The notes under the pieces: generated by a model
What the model was told of the DNA's origin: nothing
What the model saw: the letters and a program-made list of their open reading frames with translations, nothing else
Databases searched by the model: none
DNA from: Utricularia gibba
Lineage: Eukaryota; Plantae; Magnoliophyta
Length of the DNA: 64,000 bases
Assembly: GCA_002189035.1 (NCBI GenBank)
Contig: NEEC01000004.1
Coordinates: forward strand, 2,790,001 to 2,854,000
Reading direction: 5' to 3'
Translations under genes and position numbers: made by a program
In this document: positions 1 to 10,172 of the stretch, in pieces
Layout: each line of letters begins with the position of its first letter
Position numbering within the stretch: position 1 is the stretch's first letter

Positions 1-131
1 TGATGGCACGGTTCTCTGCTGAGATGCAGAGGATGCAGGAACCCGAGTAGCCCTCCCCTGCACCAGTCTGTCTTCTATTTAACAGTTACCGCGAATTCCC
101 GAATATAACCTTTTTTCGGTTTTTCTTTCAA

Positions 132-1261
132 GCTGATACGATTGGAGCTCAGCTGGACGCCGCCGATCCTTCCTCAGGGGAAGATCAAGTAGTAGAAGTC
201 TCCGAGATCCGAGAGTTGACTCCCCGTCCTTCAGCCAGAAAAGGGAAAGAGAAACTTCCTCCATCACTCGATCTCAGCGATACTCCCATTCCTGATGCAA
301 GATTCTTTTCGACTGGTGCTTCAACATCGGCTCCCCCAATCGAGTTACAGAGGGATTCTGCCCTCGTAGAAGTAAGGGACAACCCGGTGCTTCCTCTACC
401 CTGAGTTCTAGCTGAACTAAGGAGAATCCTTGATGGAGCTATGTCTAGTACCTCGGATGTTCGGCCGGAGACGGTAGTTGAAGGGATCTGGCAGGTACGT
501 ATCCCGCTTCCTCTTCTAAATTCTAAGTATTCGGTCCTTGACTTAGAATATTCTTTCAGGCTCTGACTCTTGCGTGGGGAATGGTTAGAGAGATTGGTTC
601 TCAATCGGAGGCAGTCTCTCGGCTTCAAGCCCAAGTTGTGGCTCAGAACGCCCAGATAAAGTTGTTGGAGTAGGAGGGGAGTTCGCTGAAGACCGTTTTA
701 GGGAAACGCAACCGCCAAGAGGAAGAATTACGGAATGTGATCGAGGAAATGGGAAATGCGGTTGACAACGCTAAATCAGAGAGAGAGGGCTTCAAAGTCC
801 GATTTGAAGAGGCAGAAGCGGAGTTAGAGCATGCGAGGGGCCGCATTTCAGCTCTGGAGGCCGAATTACTTGATCGACAAGCATCTCAGTAGGGTCTTCT
901 GGATGACTTTGTCAACTTGGCCTGTTTTGCCGAAATCTCCGATATCTATGTAGGAGACTTAATCGGCTTACTTCTATACCGTTATAGACGACAGTTCAGC
1001 CGAGAATTCGGGCTTTCAATCATGGATCCGCGCTTCGACAGGATAAACCCCTTGACGAAAGATGAGAACATGCTTGATGTTATCACAGATACTTTCCAGG
1101 CCCCGGAGTTTGGGTTCGAAGCTGATCGGGAGCGGCTGATCGCACTGATTCGGACGAGGATTGGGAGAGAGAATGACATCAAGTTGAGAGCCAGGATGGA
1201 GCGACATACCGGTTCCTCTGTCAACCCTCCCGTTAATCCCCCATCTCCTCCTGCACTTTAG
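132..1261 (+). pseudogene. Antisense extra ORF of the Tat/Retand element, spliced (exons ~132-494 and 560-1261), coiled-coil protein, with 3 in-frame stops
   Basis: A CAG|GTACGT donor at 495 and TTTCAG acceptor at 559 define a 65-nt phase-0 intron joining frame 216-494 to frame 560-1261 (the 917..1261 ORF). Heptad-like region RLQAQVVAQNAQIKLLE...FEEAEAELEHARGRISALEAELL. Stops TGA 402, TAG 671 and TAG 890 are each one C>T from CGA/CAG. The 5' end is unresolved. Confidence 0.7.
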
Positions 1262-2072
1262 TGACCTTTTTAGCTTGGTGTATTTTCCCCCTGCTGTGGG
1301 GCTTCTTGAACATTTTTGATATCCCGGTTCGGGATTTCCTTCTAATTTACTCCATTTTTTGTGCCTCATTTTTGCCTTTGATGATATCATATTTCGGGGG
1401 AAGCCCTGAGTTGGTTTGTTATGTCTACTACGTGCCTAGACTTGGGAGGTTCGCCTATGCTTTTGTGATCCGAGGGTGGGTGTCTCTTTGTCAACCCTTT
1501 GGTTGGGCCTTTTCATTTTAGTTTGCCTTAGTATTTCCTTATGCGAGCTGAACCGCTGCTAGGGAAGTAGGTCGGAACCCCTCATGGGTTGAGCGACTTC
1601 CCCAATCCGAAAGGGCCCTCTTTTGGCCACACCCCATTGTTTTGAGCATGGGGGGATTCGCTTCGGGTGCTCTTGCCGCCTCAAGATTTCGACAATAAGG
1701 TCAATACTTAAGGGCTTTTTGGGGCTTACGCGTGCGGTTCATATAAACCGGTGCCTGAATTGTCCCAGGGCTTATTCTTGTTACTGACGCCTGGGTTTTG
1801 GGGATCACATATATATATCGGGGGAGACCCCGAGTTGGTTTGCTGTATCCCGCAGGGGATGCAGATTTTGGAGATTCGCCTGGGCTTACGTTACTTGGCC
1901 AAAGCTTGTGATTAGATCTCTGAGGGTCTGCCTGGACTTACGCGACTCGGCCAGGGCTTACGGTTTCGTTTACCCATCTCCACTTTGGAGGAATTTATAG
2001 GCGCGTTGGTGTTTTGAAGAGGAAAATACCGAATTCTGCGCAATCCTTTGACGGAGATTGACATTGGGCTAG

Positions 2073-3158
2073 CTAGGTGTAGAATTTCCTTAGGTGTGAT
2101 GCATTCCACGACCTTGGGAATTCCATGCTGTCTAATTGTTCCAGACGATATGCTCCTTTCCCGATTACCCTTGAAATCAGATAAGGGCCTTCCCACTTGC
2201 GATCTAATTTCCCAACATGTCTCTGTGGTTGAATGCTTCGAAGCACCAAATCTCCATCAGAGAATTCCCTAGGGGCTACCGACTTGTTATATCTCTTCTC
2301 CGTTCTTCTCTGATGAGCCCCTAGTCGGCTATAGATACTTTGCCGTTTCTCTTCCAACAGCTCCAACTTCAGTTTTCGCAGGTCAACGTTTTCTTCTTCA
2401 TTATAATGTTCCACCCGGTAGCTTTTCAGGGTTAGTTCAATAGAGCATACGGCTTCTGAACCGTAAACTAATAAGAATGGGGATTCTTCCGTGGTGGTCC
2501 GAGGGGTGGTGCGATATGACCACAGCACTTCATCCAAGCGATCTGCCCATGACCCTCCAAAATCTTCAAGCTTAGTCTTCATTCCTAGCTTGAGCATCCG
2601 ATTTGTTACCTCTGTGAGACCATTGCTCTGCGGGTGATACACCGAGGTGAAGTTGTGCTTGACCATATATTTATTTAGGAATGCCTCCATTCTTCCTCCA
2701 GCGAATTGGGTTCCATTATCGGTCATTAGTTCTTGAGGGATCCCGAACCGGATGAAGATATTTCTCCATAGAAATCGAATAACAGTCTCCTCTGATATTT
2801 TTTCCACGGCTTCAGCCTCCACCTATTTGGAGAAATACTCGACTCCCATGATGACAAATTTCCTTTGGCCCGAGGTTTGGGGGAACGGCGCCATAATATC
2901 CACTCCCCATCGATCGAACGGGCATGAGAGTGGAAGAGAGGTCAGGCTATTTACCGGCTTTCTCAGTGTACTCGCATGGTATTGGCATACTTTGTATTTC
3001 TTCACCATTTCGGTAATATCCCGCTCCCTAGTTGGCCAATAATACCCGGTTCTCAAGGCTTTCCTACATAAGGATCGTATCCCGACGTGGCTGCCGCATT
3101 CCCCTTCATGCAGATCAGTTATAAGTTCTTGAGAATGCTTTGCCCCGATACACCTCAA
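2073..3158 (-). pseudogene. Tat-clade integrase (zinc-binding, DDE core, GPY/F)
   Basis: ORFs 2823..3158 and 2073..2822 are in the same frame, split by TAG (YFSK*VEAEA, W>stop). Motifs HEGECGSH...CQ, TDNGTQF, HPQSNGLTE, WEGPY. Confidence 0.92.
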
Positions 3159-3791
3159 GAGGGGTCCATCTAAGGATCTGCGATAAAGAATTCCATTTAC
3201 CAGTGTATATCTCTTTGCTCTAATCTCTAACTATGGGGCTTTGGATTTATCAGATGGTGTTTCTCCATTTCATAGATACTGGACGTAGGGTGATGTCCAA
3301 TCATCGAGATGACTCAGCTGTGGAGAAATACCATTTCCTGGTTGCTGGGTAATATAATTCATGGCTCGCAAGGTCACTGAAGGTTGATCCCGCAGCCGAA
3401 TCGTCACACTTCCTTCCCTAAGCTCATGAAACCCTACAGAAAATCGGGCGGGGCTATCTCCTTGAATTCCTTGATCTCGCGCGCCACGTGCGACAGGGTG
3501 AATTCCTTGAAGGTTTTTGCTAGCTCCTTTACCTAAATATGGTATAGAGCCATGAAGGGGTCATGAGTTTCGTATTCACTCGAAAACTGTCCTTGCACAA
3601 GTCATGAATCAGTGTAGACGTCGAGCTCCGCCACTCCTAGTTCCTTGGCAATTTTCATTCCTTCAATCAAGGCTTCATACTCGGCCACATTGTTGGAGGC
3701 TGGGAATAAGAATTTCATCGTGATGTAAATGTGTTCCCTGTCCTGGGTTCGGATGTCTATTCCTCCTCCAGCGCCGTTGTACGTCGAGCCA

Positions 3792-5477
3792 TCAATGGTC
3801 ATTGGCTTCTTCAAAATGGTCTATAGGCCTGGTCATTTCGACCACAAAATCGGCAAGAGGTTGGGCCTTGATTGATGTTCTCGATTTAAACTCAATATCC
3901 ATTGTACTCAATTCGACTGCCCATTTGTCAACCCTTCCAGAAATCTCTGGTCGAGATAGGATATTCTTCAGAGGCTGATTGGTGAATACCACGATGTGCC
4001 GATCTTGGAAATATGACCTCAGCTTTGTGGCCGCCATCTTTAAAGCCAAGATGAATTTTTCTGTCACCGAATACCGGGTTTCGGCCGGTAACAGAACCTT
4101 GCTCACATAATACACCGGAAGGTGTTTATCTGCCGAGATGGTTGTCAAGACTGCGCTGACTGCAACGGGTGATATAGACAGATATAGTCCTAAAGGCTCT
4201 TCTGCTCTCGGAGCCACAAGATGCGGGGGTGATGAGAGATATTCCTTGAGTTTTTCAAAGGCAAGCCGGCAATCCTCGTTCCATTCTAGAGCGTTTCCCT
4301 TTCGCAAGACCTTGAAGAAGGATGCCCACTTATCGGCTGATCGAGATATGAAACGGCTGAGGGCAGCCAATTTACCCGTGAGGCTCTGGTACTCCTTGAT
4401 TGTTCTTGGGGGTTGCATTTCGCATATTGCCTTAATCTTCTCGGTGTGAGCCTCGATTCCTCTCTCTGATACGTAATGCCCCAAGAATTTTCCACTTCGC
4501 ACCCCGAAGCAACATTTCAATGGGTTGAGTTTTAACCCGTATGATCGGCACAAAGAGAAACAAGAATCCAAATACGCTAAGTGGTCTTCTTCATTCATAG
4601 ATTTCACGATCATATCGTCCACATATACCTCCATCGAGGTACCGATTTCAGAAGACAATATTTTATTTACCAACCTCTGATAAGTCGCCCCAGCATTCTT
4701 TAAACCGAAGGGCATGGCCACGTAACAGTAAACCCCATCCTTGATGTAGAAGGTGGTTTTCGGTTGGTCTCTCTCGGCAACGAAAATTTGGTGGTATCTC
4801 GAATAGGCATCCATGGTTCTCAGGAATCGGAATCCGGCAATGGCATCTACTAGCTTGTCAATCTTTGGCAAAGGATAAGGGTCCCTTTCGCAGCAGGCGT
4901 TGAGGTCGGTGAAGTCAATGTACATCCTCCATTTCCCCCCGGGCTTCGGGACAACGACTGGGTTGGATACCCACTCGGAATACTGGATCTCCTTCACATA
5001 ACTGGCTTCCAAGAGTTCCCCTGTTTTTTCTTTGATAATTCGGCATTTTTCCTCTGAGAAATGCCGTTGCTTCTGCCGAACTGGTTTTGCCCCCAGGTAG
5101 GTATCAAAATGATGCTCGGCAACGGATCGATCAATGCCTACAAAGTCTGCAGCAGTCCAGGCAAAAATATCGGCATTCTTCATCAAAAGTTCAACTAACC
5201 TCTTCTCAAATCCGGTGTCCAGAATGGCACCAATGCGGGTTGCTTTCTGCGCCTCTTCTGGTACTAGTTGCACCGACTTGTACCCTACTGGTTTCATTGC
5301 TTGTCTAGGGGGTTCTCGGGGTTCCTTTTCTACCATCATCACTCTCGGCTTTTTCGCGCAGGGGTCTCGGCAGGAAGATACATAACAGGACCGGGCGGCT
5401 GGTTGGTCGATGCCCATCGTGCAAATGCCCCTCGATGTCGGGAATTTAATTTTCAAATGCACAGTGGAGGGTATCAT
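3792..5477 (-). pseudogene. Tat-clade reverse transcriptase - RNase H
   Basis: 561-aa ORF with WRMYIDFTDLN, DPYPLP, MPFGLKNAGATYQR, YVDDMIVK, FLGH and PVYYVSKVL motifs. Confidence 0.95.
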
Positions 5478-6652
5478 ACCGAATTGGTTGATGCCGGGTC
5501 GCCCGAGGATGATGTTCTATGATACCTCTGAATCCAGGATCAAGAATTCCAACCTCTCGGTTTGGTTCTGCCCTACCGCCCCAAATGTTACGGGCAGAGT
5601 TATTTTCCCGATAGTATGCACGACCCGCTGATCGAAGGTGTATAACACCATGCGCACGTGGCGGATGTTTCCCTCGTTGGATGATACCAGTAACTCGGCT
5701 ACTTCCTTCTTCATGATGTTGCAAGAGGATCCTTGATAAATAAGAATCCTTCTTACCTTGGTGCTCCCACATATTCCCGATATCACCAAAGGTTCATCTC
5801 TTGCAGCAGGGGCGACTGGGACGTCTTTGCCGAAGAAGCTGATCTCTTCTTTTCCCCAAGCAGTTTTCTCAGTCGGACCGTCTCCGATCTCGAAGACTTA
5901 TCCTCTTCTGGCTTCATCCAAATATCTCTTCCGCGCTTTTCTGGATACATGCATTTCGGTCCCTCCGGATATCACATGGATTTCCCGAATGTAGGGGGGA
6001 CAGCCTTGCATTGAGTGTGAATTCCGTGAATTTTCCGGTATGTCTTGTCCTCCTCCAAGATTCGGTTCCCTGTTGGCTTTCGGGTCTTCCCTCACTGGTT
6101 TTGGAGGGAACATTGGATATCGGTTACCTTCATTCCCGGTTCGTTCGTTACGTCCTCTTTTCTGGTCCGTCGTTGATGCGGGGTTTCGTACAGTGTTGCT
6201 CATTCCCCCGCCAGCATGATATTGCCCGATCATCCTCTTCATTACTCGGCAGTTGGCAGTATCATGCCCGCTGGTCTTGTGTATTTCGCAGTAGGCATCT
6301 GTTCTGGCTGGCTCCACCTGATATATTTCACGACGCTTGTTCGGCCTGGGCCCCCAGTTAAGTCGGGTCTCTTGCTACGGGCTCGGACGGATCTCCACAC
6401 GCTTTTCATCTTGGTCTTGAGGTCGTCATCAACTCGGATGTACTTCATGATTTTCCTTAACAATTCTCTGAGATTCTTTGGCGGGGACTTTGATAGACTC
6501 TGTCCCAATTTCGACGTTCCTAAGGCCCGTTTCATTATTTCCACCCTCTCCTTTAAATCCAGCTGGACGTCTTGCGCTTGGTAGTTAAATCGGTTGATAA
6601 AGCTTCTCAAACTCTCTTTTCGGTGGTCATACCGAACAGAGTATAATGCTTC

Positions 6653-6864
6653 CTTGAGAAGGTTATCGACGGAGTGCTCCACGTGTGGATACCATAGAGG
6701 CCGTCTGCTATTGGCGGTTGGTGAACAACGGAGTCATCTGAAAGGTACTTTGAACATCTCTATGTCTGATGTATACCGTATTCCAAGATCTGCGTTGGGG
6801 GTTTCTCAAAATTTTTGAAATTCCGCTGCTTTTGAGACATATGATGTCTACGAGAAACCCAACA
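6653..6864 (+). repeat. 3' end fragment of an Angela-like copia LTR
   Basis: Ends ...TACGAGAAACCCAACA at 6864. The reverse complement aligns with 55556-55767. It interrupts a copia RT fragment (ISLDAKL|TGTTGGG on minus) and abuts truncated Tat gag on the left. Confidence 0.7.
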
Positions 6865-7455
6865 AGTTTGGCATCTAGTGAGATGTGTATTGGGTATTGT
6901 GTGTTTTCCTTTGCTGAGCCTATATTTCTTGATAAGGTCTCTAGAGTACTTAGTTTGTGCTAGTGTAATGTAATTGTCTACTTGTGTGATATCTAGTCCA
7001 AGGAGGTATCTTACTTCGCCTAAGTCAGACATCTCGAAAACGTCATCCATAGTTTTTCTAAGCTTTATGAGCTATTTCAAAATCATATGAAGATTTTTAA
7101 TTAATGTCATGATTGACTTCCCAAGTTTCAGCATCAAATTATCAAGTAGGTAAGCCTGGTTTAAGGCCTCCATGTTGTAATCGGATTAGGGGATTTAATG
7201 AACACCTCACACACTTCAAATGTAAACATAGCAAATAGAATGTTCATCTCTCTGAGCTCCTTTTCTTCTCTTTCTTGTTTTACTCTGCTCATTTTTCTCA
7301 TCAGTTGCATTTTCTAAAATTGTCAACTTGCTTCAAACACACCCCAAGCCTACTGACTTTTGAGATAGAGAATCATCCATAGTGATAGGATCCTGAAGTC
7401 TTTTTCCATCAAATATTTGGAGTGGGATGGGAGTATTGTTTCCAGCCATGTTTAG
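6865..7455 (-). mobile_element. Ty1/copia remnant: gag N-terminus joined to an RT fragment (internal deletion)
   Basis: Minus translation MAGNNTPIPLQIFDGK... at ~7450 resembles a copia gag start. DVFEMSDLGEVRYLLGLDITQ (6760..7050 ORF) is a copia RT motif. Confidence 0.6.
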
Positions 7456-8344
7456 ATATATAACTAACGAATAATCAAAAAATTATAATGTAGATAAGTG
7501 AGAGGCTTACACTCTTCTTATGAATAGGCGGTATTTTATTTTTTTAACAGTGAGATTACGATCCCATAATTGTCACCATAAAAGAATTTGTATAGCCTTC
7601 TATGTTGAAGCATGAAGAAAGCTTCTAAAAATTTTCTAACACAAAGGATTTAACTATTTCACTAAAAAGGTATGTCGGTTGTTTCATCATCTCTAATTTA
7701 TAGAATAGAGGGGCAATTCTAATGTTGGTTGTAAAAAGAAAAGAAACTGATTTTTTTTTCTGATTTTGTGAAGTTTACTTCTTATTTCTTGTATTCTTAC
7801 ATCTTTTTTAGAATTAATGCTTGGGCAAGTTGGTCATCTCCCAACCTTGCTTGATGTCGTACGCTTCCAAGTATAGTTCTTCATCTATAGCTTTTTCACT
7901 TAAACAAAGTAAGGTATTCTCATCTGAATCTATCATAAAGTGTTAGATAAAGTTAAATTTCATCCAATCCAGAAATAAAGTGTTAGTCGATAACAGTCAT
8001 TAAACAGCTGGCAATGAAAATGGAAAACTCCATGAGATGGTGGAGATGGAGAGGTACACCAAGCTCAGAAACGCAAAATAATAAACCAACTTTGGGTCTC
8101 ATCAGATTATTACTCTCCTCTCCAAAACGAAGCATGCAAGAAAAGGCATGTTAGAAAACGAGTCCCATCCGACACATGGTTTGCATTTTTGCACTGTCCT
8201 GAGTTAGGGGTCATGATTAACCTTCACCGAAATTCCACCATTGCAGCACATATGTTTTTTGAAACCTTCTACTAGGGCCGGTATTCAGTCTCACATCCAT
8301 TTTGAAAGCAGAGAAATATCAAATTGACAAAGTAAAGATGAGCT

Positions 8345-8800
8345 AACCATCATTCCACACATTAACATTAATTTTTATTGTATAGATCTCTTCACAAATA
8401 ATATTTTCTATATCCTCCACATCAATCTCAATAGTATGACTAACGTCAATAGGATCATAATACTCAATTTCGAATTGCCATCAATAAATTAAATTCATAT
8501 ATAACTTATTATGCACATTAATCAAAGTATATTCAATAAATTAAAAATTAAAAAGTGTACTATTGTCGAAGCTTGGCATTGTACACAACATTTGATCACT
8601 AAGACTCTATGCTCTAGACAATTATGTCTATTTTTATCTATACTATTAAAATTTTACAATTTCCCTCACAATCTGAATATCACCTTGTTTATCCAAGAAT
8701 CTTCATTCTAAGATCTTTTAGCAAAAGAGCATTTAATCCAAACAACTTCTACTATTGAGCTACAAATATAAATAAAGTAAATTATAATATATGATTTTAA
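8345..8800. repeat. Unclassified ~450-bp dispersed repeat, inverted copy of 16085-16510
   Basis: Long near-identical runs with the reverse complement of 16085-16510, e.g. GGATCATAATACTCAATTTCGAATTGCCATC and AAGAATCTTCATTCTAAGATCTTTTAGCAAAAGAG. Confidence 0.85.
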
Positions 8801-9170
8801 GAATATAAAGATACTTAAAATATAAATAAAATTTTTGTAACATGCATCAAATAAAAGAAAATTTTCATATTTACTCCAAATGTAGTTAAACATTTATTTT
8901 TCTTTGACCAAATGCGATTTTAACATTTTTCTTATTGTATTATATGCGCATGCATGGAAAAAAATGGTTTGAAAATTATTAGCTATACAATTTAACAATG
9001 ACATCATATATAAAAATATGAACAGTATATCTGTATATTTGACATTGACTAAATTCTATGCATACAAATGTGATTTTATATTTTTTTAAACCAATTCATG
9101 ATGAAATAAAAAACATCATTATTATTTATTAACCATTTTAATTTTTCCCTCATAGATATTTTTTTATATA

Positions 9171-10172
9171 TGATAAATAAAAAATTTATACGTCATTAAA
9201 ATACAAATCCTTTTATCAAATAAATTTATAAACCTAATACACATTCAAACATAATACAATTATGAGCATAGTATTTAAGGTTAAACACGAAGAGCATGTG
9301 CTTTTCATGTAATTATTAACGCATGCAATCAATGTCACGTTGATAGATTTAGTTTTAACTACAACTAAGTCAGATTTATTATAAAATACAATAAAGAAAA
9401 ACAACAAATTTTTGAACTCGGTTGTACCTATGATGAGATGGGTGGTGCCTTGAAAGTCCTAGAGTTAATATGCAAATTGCTACAACTATCCTATCTAAAC
9501 CATAAATCATTCACATAACAAGTAAAAGCCTAGTCTTTCCAAACATTTGTTTCCCCAAATTTTTTTATCTACCTCTAATTAGGATTGTTTTAGTGAGTAC
9601 TTCCTTCTTCTTGATCTATTTTGGTTTGTGAGGAAATAATGTCATATTTGGTTAATATGATTTAGTGAACTACAAACTTGTTAACCCCTTTACCCCAAGG
9701 CACCACTAGGTGCTTTAGTTACTCATGATAAGGAAAAGAAAAACGTTTTCGTGACATATCATAATCACCATTTGGGTCTCAAAGTTAAACAACAGTAAAG
9801 AATGTATAGTAAAGCATAAACCCTAAGTCATTCAGATAGAAAAACTAAAAACTAATCTCAACTAGGCGCAATATTCTTCAAGGGCAAAAGAAATCTTCAA
9901 AAGGAAGCTTGTTCTTCTGGATCTTCTTCCCCATTCTCTTGTGTGTTGTTGTGATTTTTCTTCAATCCCTCCTCCAGCATTATGTGGCGTAAGGTTCAAA
10001 GGTCAATATCTCTTCTCTCTTCCATCATTTCGAAAAATCCTTTTGTTCTCTTCCTTGAAATTTGGTTGTACTTTCTTCAACTTTTTGTTCCTATCCTCTG
10101 CAATTTCACCGTGCTCTTTTTGGCTCCTAAGGAACTGAGTTGGCTCCAAGAAACAGTTAAAGATTTAGTGCC
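9171..10172 (-). repeat. Truncated Athila-like LTR, family B
   Basis: Begins TGATAAA at 9171 and is collinear with the solo LTRs at 35989 and 38448. Homology stops at GATTTAGTGCC (~10172), where chromovirus gag begins. No TSD. Confidence 0.75.

Larger units (their letters stand above)
1..6652 (-). mobile_element. Degenerate Ty3/gypsy Tat-clade (Retand-like) LTR retrotransposon, internal region; 5' end truncated in gag, 3' LTR outside window
   Basis: Minus-strand domain order: gag (6242-6652, 5898-6317), protease (5517-5789), RT with YVDD and RNase H (3792-5477), second archaeal-type RNase H (3602-3814, ASNNVAEYEAL), integrase (2823-3158 and 2073-2822, TDNGTQF, HPQSNG, GPY). A long 3' spacer carries an antisense ORF. 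The RH-aRH-INT order is diagnostic of the Tat lineage. Several in-frame stops and at least one frameshift. Confidence 0.92.

Noticed and set aside
1-131. Possible additional upstream exon (MARFSAEMQRMQEPE) of the antisense ORF
   Set aside because: The only nearby donor (GT at 47) is phase 2, while the acceptor at 132 needs phase 1. I could not build a consistent splice.
185-1390. Minus-strand ORFs 185..634, 643..846, 982..1224 and 1016..1390
   Set aside because: Shadows of the plus-strand antisense TE ORF; no recognisable domain.
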